Assembly: GCA_963777505.1 (NCBI GenBank)
Contig: CAVZQN010000004.1
Location: 1,440,001 to 1,504,000 of the forward strand
Length of the DNA: 64,000 nucleotides
Direction: 5' to 3'
Source: an uncultured bacterium
Lineage (GTDB): Bacteria > Acidobacteriota > HRBIN11 > JAKEFK01
Each line of letters starts with the position of its first letter. Within the stretch, counting starts at the first letter, position 1. The translations under genes were made by a program, and so were the position numbers. The notes beneath the pieces are model-generated. The model saw only the letters and a program-made list of their open reading frames with translations, did not search any database and had not been told where the DNA came from. Of the stretch, positions 9,095-19,194 are shown one piece after another.

Positions 9095-10374
9095 TGGCGG
9101 AAATTCGCGGCTTTCCTGGGCTTGGTTACAATCCTGCTAAAATTTCGGATTTATCCAAAGTTATATCGTTGCCTTACGATGTGATTAGTCCGGAACATCG
9201 TCGCGAATACATTGATCAAAGCCCCTACAACGTAGTCCGTTTGATTTTGCCTGAAGGGACAGATCCGTATCAAGAAGCGAACAGGCTGACAAAAGAGTGG
9301 ATTGAAAAAGGGATCTTGATTCAAGACCAGGAACCATCGATTTACATTTATCAGCAATCGTTCAAAACCTCTGAAGGCGAGGAAAAAACTCGTACAGGCT
9401 TTCTGGCTCGAATTCGAATTGAAAATTTTGAGAAAGGAATTGTGCTCCCACATGAAGCAACGCTTTTTGCACCAAAGGAAGACCGGCTAAAATTGCTGCA
9501 AGCTTGTAGAATTAACTTTAGTCCGATTTTCAGCCTGTATTCGGATCCTCAACACGAAATTGACTCAATCTTGACGCCCTTTGCATCGGCGCCACCACGT
9601 TTCAGCATTACTGATGAAAATGGAGTCTTAAACCGTTTCTGGGCAATTCGCGATCATGCAGCCATTCAAAAAGTTCAGCAGATCATGAAAGATCATTGGG
9701 TTTTAATCGCCGATGGACATCATCGCTATGAATCATGTATGGTTTATCGCGATCAAAAGAGCCGCGAAAATCAAGACACCGAAGCGGCACACAATTTCAC
9801 ACTAATGTATTTCGCCAATATTCATCAACCTGGAATTTCCATCTCTCCATACAATCGAGCCATATATAATCTGCCTTCATTTAATGCTGATGATGTTTTA
9901 CAAAAAGCAAAATCATATTTTGAAGTTCAAAATTTTGATGAACCGGATCGTGCACTTCAAACCATGCGGGAGTTTCAGCCATCAACGGCATTCAGTGCCT
10001 TTTTTAATGGGAAGAAAGGCGCGTTTGTTTTTCGGCTCAAGCAAGACTTTGACTTAGCAAGTTTGTATCCCCCTGATACGTCCGATGTCGTTCGTTCATT
10101 GGATGTAAATGTTTTGCATAAACTATTTCTGGAACACATTCTTGGAATATCGGAAGAAGATGTAAAGAAACAGACATACTTGAAATATTACAAAGATATA
10201 AATGAAGAACGGCGTGATTTTGATTCAGGAAAATTGCAGATCGCATTTTTCCTGAACCCAACCCGCGTTCAGCAGGTCGTAGATGCTGCAAAAGCAGGCG
10301 AAAAAATGCCGCAAAAATCTACATATTTTTATCCGAAACTAATGACAGGATTCGTAATGAATAAACATGATTAA
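9094..10374 (+). CDS. DUF1015 family protein
   Basis: PYDVIS, VLPHEATL..KEDRLKL, IADGHHRYE, MPQKSTYFYPKL. Confidence 0.92.
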   Translation: MAEIRGFPGLGYNPAKISDLSKVISLPYDVISPEHRREYIDQSPYNVVRLILPEGTDPYQEANRLTKEWIEKGILIQDQEPSIYIYQQSFKTSEGEEKTRTGFLARIRIENFEKGIVLPHEATLFAPKEDRLKLLQACRINFSPIFSLYSDPQHEIDSILTPFASAPPRFSITDENGVLNRFWAIRDHAAIQKVQQIMKDHWVLIADGHHRYESCMVYRDQKSRENQDTEAAHNFTLMYFANIHQPGISISPYNRAIYNLPSFNADDVLQKAKSYFEVQNFDEPDRALQTMREFQPSTAFSAFFNGKKGAFVFRLKQDFDLASLYPPDTSDVVRSLDVNVLHKLFLEHILGISEEDVKKQTYLKYYKDINEERRDFDSGKLQIAFFLNPTRVQQVVDAAKAGEKMPQKSTYFYPKLMTGFVMNKHD

Positions 10375-12307
10375 AAAAACGATTTTTCTTTTCATTTTTT
10401 GCTGGGCGGGAATTGGGACGTGTTTCGCCGCCGAAACTAAAAAGGCCGACGCCTATTATCACTACGTCCAGGGTGCAATGCTTGAAAATCAACGCAAGTA
10501 TGATGACGCAATTAGTGAATACAAACAGGCCCTCCAGAACGATCCAGACTCATCTGAAATTCTTTCCAAGCTTGCCTATCTTTACGTTCAGACAAACAGG
10601 ATGGATGAAGCGGTAGGGGATGCCCAAAAAGCAATCGAAAAAAATCCGGACAACAAAGAAGCATATCGTATGCTGGGTCAAATATACCTGGAGAAAGTTT
10701 ACTCGCGTGATTCCACCAAGCAAGATGTTGAAAAAGCGCTTGAACAATTTGAACAGATTTACAAACTAGATCCGGAAGACTCTGCCAATTTGCTTGCGCT
10801 CGGTCAGCTTTATTTGCAAAACAATCAACCGAAAGATGCAGCGCAGATGCTCGCAAAATATTTAGAACTAAATCCCGATTCTCCATCAGCGGTCATGTCG
10901 CTCTCGAATGCATTTCAGCAGTTGAATCAGCCTGTTGAAGCACTAAAGGTATTGGAAAAATACCTGGAAACAGAACCAGAAAATCAGTACGTTTTGCAGC
11001 TTGCAGCTGATTTATATGAGAAAACCGGTGAACTTGATCGAGCACTCGAACTTCAGCGAAAAGTCTTCGAAGCAGATGTGAACAACCCTGTCGCTCTCAG
11101 GAGATACATTTCGCTCTTAGAAAAAAGTAATCAACATGAAGAAGCAGTCAAGATTCTAGAACAACAGGTCGTAAAAGATCCGGAACGTCTTGATTGGAAA
11201 GCAATGCTTGCGAAGAGTCTGCAGAAAGCCGGTGAACAAGAACGCGCCGAAACGCTTATGCGTGAAGTGCTCGCAAAAGATCCATCTTTTGATTATCGAC
11301 TTGGTCTTGTGCAGATCTTGGAAGAGGGGAATCGTTTTGAAGAGTCAAAGAAAATCATTGAAGAAATGCTTCAGAAAGTTAACGCTGGCGAACTCGTCGA
11401 AGAACGCGAGCGCAAAACGAGTCTTGCTATTCTTTATTCCCATTTAGGTTACTCACAGCAACAAATGAAAAGTTATGCTGAAGCGATCGAAAGTTACCGC
11501 AAAGCGAGAATGCACGTTGATCCGGAAGAAGCAGGCCGGATCGATTTCTATATCGCTTTAAATCTTCGGAATCAAAAAAAGTATACAGAAGCGATCGAAA
11601 CTTTAAACGACGTTATAAAACAAGACGCAAATGATACGGATGCATGGGAATTGCTCAGCTTAATCTATGAAGAGCAAAATGATCACGAAAATAGCGACCG
11701 TGTAATCAAACATTTGATAGAAGCCTATCCAGATAATGTCACCTACAAACTTTTAAAAGCCGAACGCCTTCAGCAACGGCAAAAGCACGAGGATTCACTC
11801 GTATATTTGAAGCAAATTCTTCCTGAATATCCTGACAATGATCAACTTCTGTTTTTAATGGGAGCTGGTTCAGAGCGTTTGAAAAGAATCGATGAAGCGG
11901 AAGAATATTTCAAAAAGGCAATTACGGCGAACCCACAAAATGCAAATGCATTGAATTACCTTGGTTACATGTTGATCGACAATGGTATCCGCATTGAAGA
12001 ATCCCTCGAATATATAAAGCGGGCTTTAGAGTTAGACAACGATAATGGCGCATTTCTTGATAGTTTAGGTTGGGGTTACTTCAAGTTAAATCAACTGGAT
12101 CTTGCTGAAGATAATTTAAGAATGGCTCTGGAACGGCTCGAAGATAATGGTGTCGTTCATGATCATCTTGGTGATCTATACTTCAAACAAGGCAAGTTTC
12201 GCGAAGCAATCTCTCACTGGCAAAATGCAATCAAGAATAAAAGCGCTGAAATCGACGAAGCCTATATTCAAAAGAAGATTGAAGATACTAAAGCGCGTTT
12301 AGATTAA
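10367..12307 (+). CDS. Exported tetratricopeptide repeat protein
   Basis: Signal peptide, many TPRs, ALNYLGY..FLDSLGWGY..DHLGD C-terminus. Confidence 0.92.
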   Translation: MIKKTIFLFIFCWAGIGTCFAAETKKADAYYHYVQGAMLENQRKYDDAISEYKQALQNDPDSSEILSKLAYLYVQTNRMDEAVGDAQKAIEKNPDNKEAYRMLGQIYLEKVYSRDSTKQDVEKALEQFEQIYKLDPEDSANLLALGQLYLQNNQPKDAAQMLAKYLELNPDSPSAVMSLSNAFQQLNQPVEALKVLEKYLETEPENQYVLQLAADLYEKTGELDRALELQRKVFEADVNNPVALRRYISLLEKSNQHEEAVKILEQQVVKDPERLDWKAMLAKSLQKAGEQERAETLMREVLAKDPSFDYRLGLVQILEEGNRFEESKKIIEEMLQKVNAGELVEERERKTSLAILYSHLGYSQQQMKSYAEAIESYRKARMHVDPEEAGRIDFYIALNLRNQKKYTEAIETLNDVIKQDANDTDAWELLSLIYEEQNDHENSDRVIKHLIEAYPDNVTYKLLKAERLQQRQKHEDSLVYLKQILPEYPDNDQLLFLMGAGSERLKRIDEAEEYFKKAITANPQNANALNYLGYMLIDNGIRIEESLEYIKRALELDNDNGAFLDSLGWGYFKLNQLDLAEDNLRMALERLEDNGVVHDHLGDLYFKQGKFREAISHWQNAIKNKSAEIDEAYIQKKIEDTKARLD

Positions 12308-12329
12308 CCACAGAGACACAGAGATTATA

Positions 12330-13107
12330 TTGAGTAAACAAATCAAACTATCCTTAGCGGTCTTTGCGGTTGTCTTACATTTGCAATGTTCAACGAAAGT
12401 TAATCTGCCTGACCTATCCTGAATTTTCAACCCTGCGGCAGCAAGCTGTTTCAACTTTGGTCATGGAGGTCTATGGCCAATACTCTGCAACTGCATCAAA
12501 GAAAACGATCCGTGCCAGTTATAACCTTTTGCTTGCTCCAGGAGAATCCGGATATCTTGAAATACTGGATCCATCAAAACAACTGCTGAATACTGTTTCA
12601 CTCACCAAAGAAAGTTTGACTGTTTACTGGCCTAAAACTGGAACGTATGTTCAGGAGCCTGCAACTCCGGAAAATCTAAACGCTGTAGTAGGACTTCCTC
12701 TTTTGCCGGATGACTTACTTCTTCTTCTAGCAGGGTCCGGATTGAATTTTTCAGAATGGCAAGCAGTTAATATTGAAAAGGATGGCTGGCAAATTGCCCG
12801 CGGAAATTTTAATGGCAAATTATCACTGAGAGAACACATCTCAAGAATTGTGCTTCAAGGCGCGTCAACACCGGAATTGAACATCATCTATGAAGATTAT
12901 GCAGAGATCGATAACCGGCTGCTTCCCCGAAAGATGCGATTCGAAGTGCCGGATCGGAAATTGATCCTCGAACTTCGATCGGAAAAAGTTTTATTCCGCG
13001 ATGAACCCTCAAAACCTGAACTATTTGCAGTTCAACTTCCACCATCTGCTCATAAAGTTTCTTTGAAAGAAATTTACCGCGGCAAACCACTTCTGCTCGA
13101 AAACTGA
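12330..13107 (+). CDS. Putative outer-membrane lipoprotein (LolB/DUF4292-like), frameshifted near 12410
   Basis: TTG at 12330 gives MSKQIKLSLAVFAVVLHLQC-STKVNLP (lipoprotein-like signal) in a frame that stops at about 12422; the body continues in ORF 12364..13107. The family call is tentative. Confidence 0.55.
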
Positions 13108-13171
13108 CTCTGCGCTTCTGCGGTTAATCTTTTATTATGATATTGTTATATCTACTGGAGAATCTTCAAGG

Positions 13172-14443
13172 GTGACTGAAGAAAACATCCAAAAGGATGT
13201 TCTAAGTAACGGGCTAACTATCTTAACTGAGCGGATTGAGCATTTGCGCTCAGTGTCGCTAGGAATCTGGCTAAAGAAAGGTTCACGCGACGAATCTCTT
13301 TCCGATGCAGGCGTCTATCATTTCATCGAACACATGCTGTTTAAAGGCACCAAAAAGCGCAGTACTTATGAAATTGCACAGATCATGGATTCAATTGGCG
13401 GTTTTAATGATGCTTTTACGAGCAAAGAAAATACATGTTTTTATGCAAAAGTTCTTGATGAGCATCTTCCCGTCATCCTTGATATTTTTTCTGACATTCT
13501 TGTGAATCCTACTTTCAATCATGAAGATATTGAACGCGAGCGTAAGGTCGTTCATGAAGAATTCAAAATGGTTGAAGACACGCCTAGCGATCTCGTTCAT
13601 GAAGTATTCATGGAAAATTTTTGGCCAGGACATCCGCTTGGCCGTCCGATTCTTGGAACACTCCAAACTGTTGACGCTCTGAATTCAGATCGTCTTCGTA
13701 AGCTTTTTCTTGAGAATTATGTTCCGCCAAATATGGTGGTTTCCGCAGCGGGTAACATTAATCATGATGAATTGCGGGAAGCAATTGAAAAGAATTTCGC
13801 TCTTCCTCATGTCAGCCATGTCGTTGAAACGATTATGGAACGAGTGCCTGAACCACAACCGATAACGTTGCTACGTTCTAAAAAGGATCTTGAGCAAACT
13901 CATTTATGCATTGGAGTTACAGGCCATAGTAACGATCACCCGGATCGTTATGTCGCAGGTGTTTTGAATGTAATCTTAGGCGGCAGCATGAGCTCACGAC
14001 TTTTTCAAAAAATTCGAGAAGAAATGGGGCTTTGTTATTCAATATTTTCATCAATGAGTTCGTTTAAAGATGCAGGATATCAGAGCATATACGCAGGCAC
14101 ATCTCCAGAAACAACTCAGACTGCTGCTGAACTCATTATTAAAGAATGCAAACGGCTGGCGCATGAAGCCGTATCACCTGATGAACTCGAAAATGCGAAA
14201 AATCATTTGAAAGGAAGTTTAATTCTGAGCCTTGAAAGTTCATCAAGCAGAATGTTCAATCTAGCACGATCGGATATGACCTTTGGCCGCCAGATTACAA
14301 CGGATGAAATACTGGATGGTATCTCAAAAGTTACAGTGGAGGATGTCCAAAGGGTAGGTTGCGAACTCTTTGATCATTCAAATTTTGGTGCTGTTGTTGT
14401 TGGTGATCTTGAAGAGTTTGTGCTCGATCCTGTTGGGGCATAG
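13172..14443 (+). CDS. M16 (pitrilysin) family zinc peptidase
   Basis: HFIEH inverted zincin motif, LSNGL, GGSMSSRLFQKIREEMGLCY. Confidence 0.95.
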   Translation: MTEENIQKDVLSNGLTILTERIEHLRSVSLGIWLKKGSRDESLSDAGVYHFIEHMLFKGTKKRSTYEIAQIMDSIGGFNDAFTSKENTCFYAKVLDEHLPVILDIFSDILVNPTFNHEDIERERKVVHEEFKMVEDTPSDLVHEVFMENFWPGHPLGRPILGTLQTVDALNSDRLRKLFLENYVPPNMVVSAAGNINHDELREAIEKNFALPHVSHVVETIMERVPEPQPITLLRSKKDLEQTHLCIGVTGHSNDHPDRYVAGVLNVILGGSMSSRLFQKIREEMGLCYSIFSSMSSFKDAGYQSIYAGTSPETTQTAAELIIKECKRLAHEAVSPDELENAKNHLKGSLILSLESSSSRMFNLARSDMTFGRQITTDEILDGISKVTVEDVQRVGCELFDHSNFGAVVVGDLEEFVLDPVGA

Positions 14444-14445
14444 TT

Positions 14446-15213
14446 ATGAGAATCTGTGTGCTTGGAAGTGGAAGCAGTGGTAATTCAACTTTTGTTGAAC
14501 AGAACGGGACACGTCTGTTGGTCGATGCAGGATTGCGTGCTAAAGAAATCGTGGAACGGCTTGCATTAATTAATGTGGACGCTTCTACATTAAGTGGCAT
14601 TCTGATTTCACACGAACATCAGGACCATATTCAAGGCGCAGCAGCGATCGCTCGAAAATTCAAAGTTCCTGTCTATATTTCATCTCGAGCGCGGGAACAT
14701 GCCTCATTTTCATTTCAACTTGTCCATCACTATCCCGTGTCCGCTGGAGTTCCTGTTCAAATCGGATCAATTACAGTTACACCATTTTCCACTCCTCATG
14801 ATTCGATTGATCCGCTTGGATTTGCGCTTCGTGCACAACAATGCCGAGCCTGCGTGATTACAGACATCGGATACGTTACAGAAACGATCCGTGAACGGTT
14901 GCACAATTCCGATATAGTGATCATCGAATCGAATCATGATTTGGAAATGTTGCGAAGTGGACCTTATCCATGGTCGCTGAAACAACGGGTTATGAGCAAT
15001 TATGGTCATCTGTCCAATGAAGCGCTTGCTTATTTTTTTTCAGAATACTTTGATGGTACACAGCGAAAAGTCATGTTAACGCACTTGAGCCGTCAAAATA
15101 ATCATCCGCAGATTGCTTATGTTTCGGCATTACGTGCGCTGGAGAAGAAGAGTCGCGATACAGATTTACACATTTCTTTACAGGATGAAGTCAGTGAAAT
15201 TCTAGAAATCTAG
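14446..15213 (+). CDS. MBL-fold metallo-hydrolase (YycJ/WalJ-like)
   Basis: GSGSSGNS, SHEHQDH, ESNHD, GHLSN, HLSRQNN. Confidence 0.92.
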   Translation: MRICVLGSGSSGNSTFVEQNGTRLLVDAGLRAKEIVERLALINVDASTLSGILISHEHQDHIQGAAAIARKFKVPVYISSRAREHASFSFQLVHHYPVSAGVPVQIGSITVTPFSTPHDSIDPLGFALRAQQCRACVITDIGYVTETIRERLHNSDIVIIESNHDLEMLRSGPYPWSLKQRVMSNYGHLSNEALAYFFSEYFDGTQRKVMLTHLSRQNNHPQIAYVSALRALEKKSRDTDLHISLQDEVSEILEI

Positions 15214-15235
15214 CATTCAGTCTTGTGGTGAAAAA

Positions 15236-15475
15236 ATGAGAGCTCGAATTATTGTACGTTTAAAATCTACTGTTCATGATCCCCAGGGTGAAGCAATTTT
15301 GCAGTCTCTACATCATATGAATTATTCCAATATCAATTCTGTGCGTCAGGGCAAAGAGTTTGATTTGGAATTAGGGAATATCTCAAGAGCCGAAGCGGAG
15401 CCTCTGCTCGACGAGATTGCGAGAAAAGTTCTTGCGAACCCGATTATTGAACAGTACGCTATAGAGTTAGAGTAA
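15236..15475 (+). CDS. purS: Phosphoribosylformylglycinamidine synthase subunit PurS
   Basis: DPQGEA, VRQGK, LANPIIE. Confidence 0.95.
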   Translation: MRARIIVRLKSTVHDPQGEAILQSLHHMNYSNINSVRQGKEFDLELGNISRAEAEPLLDEIARKVLANPIIEQYAIELE

Positions 15476-15488
15476 GATTTTGCGTCTT

Positions 15489-15576
15489 ATGGATAATGCG
15501 GGGGAGCAAGGGAGCAGGGGCGAAGGGGAGCTAGCACCCCTGCTCCTCTGCTCCCCAGCTCCCCTGCATTATCCAT
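15489..15576. repeat. Long palindrome built from octamer repeats between purS and purQ
   Basis: ATGGATAATGC-(GGGGAGCA-like)x4 ... (TGCTCCCC-like)x4-GCATTATCCAT. Confidence 0.88.
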
Positions 15577-15598
15577 GGGCACAAACTAGGAGTAAACA

Positions 15599-16330
15599 AT
15601 GAAGGTGAAAGTCGTAGTATTCCCTGGATCAAACTGTGATCACGATACGGAATACGTTTTTGGACGGATTCTTAAACAAGATGTGCAGCTTGTATGGCAC
15701 AAAGAAGAAGAGCTCGGCCAATGTGATCTTGTGATTCTTCCTGGTGGATTTGCCTATGGCGATTACCTTCGTACTGGAGTCATGGCTCGTTTTTCACCGA
15801 TCATGAAATCGGTAGAGACGTTCGCGAAAGAGGGCGGCATTGTTTTTGGAATTTGCAATGGATTTCAGGTATTGTGCGAAGCCGGTTTACTTCCAGGTGC
15901 TTTGATGAAAAATGCATGTTTGCAATTTAGATGTATGCATGTCAATTTGCGGGTTGAGACAACGCGTTCTCCACTCACTCGATATCTTGCGCAGGGGCAG
16001 GTCTTCAGCATTCCAATTGCCCATGGTGATGGTAGTTACTATGCTGATCCGGAAACAATTCAGCAGTTAATCGATGAAGATCGTGTTTTGTTCCAGTATT
16101 CAACTTCCGATGGGCTGATCTTGCCGGATGCCAATCCGAACGGTTCTCTTTACAACATTGCAGGAATCTGCAACAAAGAAAGGAATGTATTCGGAATGAT
16201 GCCACACCCGGAACGTGCATGCGAACCGGAGGTTGGCAGTAGTGACGGTCTTCCGATGCTGCAATCTTTAATCAAGTCTGTCGAAGAGCATATTCAATCC
16301 CCCCACCGTGAAACAGTCTCAATACCCTGA
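15599..16330 (+). CDS. purQ: Phosphoribosylformylglycinamidine synthase subunit PurQ
   Basis: [32 protein letters not shown]. Confidence 0.97.
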   Translation: MKVKVVVFPGSNCDHDTEYVFGRILKQDVQLVWHKEEELGQCDLVILPGGFAYGDYLRTGVMARFSPIMKSVETFAKEGGIVFGICNGFQVLCEAGLLPGALMKNACLQFRCMHVNLRVETTRSPLTRYLAQGQVFSIPIAHGDGSYYADPETIQQLIDEDRVLFQYSTSDGLILPDANPNGSLYNIAGICNKERNVFGMMPHPERACEPEVGSSDGLPMLQSLIKSVEEHIQSPHRETVSIP

Positions 16331-16414
16331 ATTGATAAGTGTCCTGGGTTGAAATTTTTAGTCCGTTAGGATAGCGTATAGCGTCACAAATCTTGCAATA
16401 TTTCGGAGGAAACT

Positions 16415-17554
16415 TTGATGAAACGGCTGGTTTTATTTAGCGGCTTGTTCTTGATGTTAGCTGTAGGTTCTCTATCAGCGCAGGAAACTGAAGCTGCATG
16501 GACCAAGAACATACCCCTGAAGGCAGAAGATACTTTGTTTATTTATGTAGATCCAGGAAGTCTGCAAATTGTTCCGTGGGAGAAAAAGGAAATTGGAATC
16601 ACAGTTCAGGGAGGGACTCCTGCAGATCGGCAAAAAATTCAAGTCTCTTCAAAGAATAAGGATGTTCGTCTCGATTTCCGTGGAGATAAGACTACGGTCA
16701 TCACATTTGTTGTTCAAGTCCCTTCTACATTCAACATTGATTCCTATAGCGGTGGGGATGTTGAAGCGAAAGCTCCACTGAACGGTAAACTGAAAATAAA
16801 AACAAATACCGGTGGTGTAACACTCGGCGATGTTTCAGGAAACTTAGTCATTAATAGCACCGAAGGAGACATCTTTGTCAACAATGTAAAGGGAGATGCT
16901 TCGATTACGACAAACGGTGAAATTGAAACGAATGATATTACCGGAAATCTTGAGCTAAAAAATCAAAGCGGTGATTCTTTTGTAAAAAATGTTAGCGGTA
17001 ATGCAAATGCCAGCGTTGCTGATGGCGATTTGACCATTGGAGATATCGGTGGGAATTTAACGGCATCCTCAACCTGGGGCGATATCGATTTTCATAAAGT
17101 TGCTGGAATGGCAACCGCTAATAGTCAGGATGGTGATATTGATTTCTTCGAAGGAATCGGAATGATTATTGCGCAGACCAATTCCGGAGATATTACTCTA
17201 CGAAAAGTGAGCGGAGCTGTTGATGCGCGAACAGAAGATGGTGACATTTCAGCAGAAATGTATTCAGGTTCCGGCGGTTCCAGTAAGTTCTATTCTCGGG
17301 ACGGCGAACTGGAAATCCTTTTTGCTCAGGACGCAAAAGCAACAGTCGATGCGAAAGTTACAGGCGCAGATGCTGAAGATGAGGACTCTCTTTCTTCAGA
17401 TTTTCCTCCAGTAAGTGATAAGAACAAATTAGCAGCTAAGTATGAAATCAATGGCGGTGGCGACTCAATTCTTTTGGAATCTGTAAATGGCGAAATTTCC
17501 ATTAGAAAGCTGGTACCTAAACCACAGCCTGCTGCCAAGAAAACGAATCAATAA
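16415..17554 (+). CDS. Exported DUF4097 beta-strand repeat protein
   Basis: Signal peptide and repeated xxGDIxxxxVxG units. Confidence 0.85.
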   Translation: MMKRLVLFSGLFLMLAVGSLSAQETEAAWTKNIPLKAEDTLFIYVDPGSLQIVPWEKKEIGITVQGGTPADRQKIQVSSKNKDVRLDFRGDKTTVITFVVQVPSTFNIDSYSGGDVEAKAPLNGKLKIKTNTGGVTLGDVSGNLVINSTEGDIFVNNVKGDASITTNGEIETNDITGNLELKNQSGDSFVKNVSGNANASVADGDLTIGDIGGNLTASSTWGDIDFHKVAGMATANSQDGDIDFFEGIGMIIAQTNSGDITLRKVSGAVDARTEDGDISAEMYSGSGGSSKFYSRDGELEILFAQDAKATVDAKVTGADAEDEDSLSSDFPPVSDKNKLAAKYEINGGGDSILLESVNGEISIRKLVPKPQPAAKKTNQ

Positions 17555-17559
17555 AACTG

Positions 17560-17612
17560 TTTAGAGGCCTGGCCTTGCGCGTTAAGCGGAGCGCGAAAGC
17601 CGGGCCTCTAAA
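17560..17612. repeat. Inverted repeat directly after the DUF4097 gene (terminator or REP-like)
   Basis: TTTAGAGGCCTGGC...GCCGGGCCTCTAAA with inner GCGC pairing. Confidence 0.7.
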
Positions 17613-17647
17613 ATAGGATCATCCCCGTATCCAGCATCGAGTCAATT

Positions 17648-19131
17648 ATGCCTTCGGCATTCTATTATCTTGTTCTTCCTTCCTTTGTGGTTTTGATTCT
17701 TCTGGTTTTTCACTCCATTACAAATCGCGGTAATCGTTCAACAGCAATCTTTTTTGTCTCTGCAATCGTGTATGGGCTTGTACGTGCTTTGTGGCTCGAT
17801 CATATAACCCGTGTGGAATTCGGAACTCTTTTCCCTTATCTGATGAATTTCCCAGTGCTTAAGATTGGTCCTGTTTCTTTTCAGGAAGTGATCGGCTGGA
17901 GTGTAGCTTCCACAATCGCATGGCTCGTTTCGGACAGGCTGCTGTTGCGAGTTGGATTGACACCTGCTCCACACAGGATTGCCATCGTCGGCTTCTTTGT
18001 GATGGCAGCACTGTGTCTGGCAGTTGAATCGGCTGCAATCGAATCAGGCTGGTGGGTATGGACAATCAAACAGCCGGTCAAGGGAATCTTAGGGCGTGTG
18101 CCTCTTGTTGGGCTTCTGGATTGGGGATTTGTTGCATTTGATTTTCTTCTTCCGTACCTGCTTTTTACGCAATCGGTAAGCTGGCCAAAAAGACTCATCG
18201 GTCTGTGCTTATTTCCTCTGCACTTTTATTCGCATTCAAAAGTGATCCCCTTTGATGAACCAGTTCCTCTCGCAATGAATGATATATCTCATGCTGTCAT
18301 TTTTGGTTATGTATTCATTTGTGCGATTGGTGAGAAAGGGAAATCGATTTTACCGGAGCCATCTAAAGAGCGTTTCCGATGGCTGGTTTTGATTTCGATT
18401 GTAATCGTGTGCGGCTCGACCATCCTTGCATGTTTGTTTGAAAGTGACAATCCAAAAGCGGCAATTTATTCGATTCCATTACTTGCCTTTGCATTAATCG
18501 CATACTTAATAACCGCGGAGACTCAAAGAAAAAAGAAGAAAGAGGAAGAAAGTTGGGGAGTCTTTTGGAGTCGGGTTGCAATTGGAATTGTGTGTTCTGT
18601 CTGGTGTACTGGTTGCGCGTTCCGTTTCACAGAAATACGCGTGTATTTTCGGAAGCTCTTCAAGCGGGAGTTCAAAGGCTAAATACTGGCGATTTTTCAG
18701 GCGCTGAAACTGAACTCCGCAAAGCAATTAATGCACGACCAGATCAAGCAGGTGGCAGAGCAATTCTTGCACACGTTCTCATCCAAAATGGAAATGATGC
18801 AGAAGCTCGCGCGCAATTGGAAACAGCACTTCAGCATAATGAAACACATCAAACCGCACTGATGCTTTTAACGACTCTGGATTTGAGAGAGAAAAAGTGG
18901 ACAGATGCAAAAAATCGCGCAGAAAAAGGGCATAAGCTTTATCCAAGAAGGCCGGAATTTGTATATCAATCCGTGATCGCGGAAAGAAATTTAAGAAACG
19001 AAAGCCCATCAGTTGTTTCCGAGGCTATTGAACTGGCCCGGCAGGGCGGTCCTTCTATGTTGCAATCATTGGCATCACTCGCAATGGCACTCAATGATCC
19101 GATTACGGCTCAGGCTTGTGAACAAGAATGA
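17648..19131 (+). CDS. Multi-TM protein (CruF/carotenoid biosynthesis-like) with C-terminal TPRs; frameshift near 18595
   Basis: KIGPVS..VIGW, AVESAAIESGWWVW, GRVPLVGLLDW; the last TM helix is split between ORF 17648..18682 and ORF 18553..19131, which carries the TPRs. Confidence 0.6.
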
Positions 19132-19194
19132 AAAACGTTGACACGATGAACTAGGACGTAAATAATGAGGTGCCGATCCTGGAGAAAATCGTCA

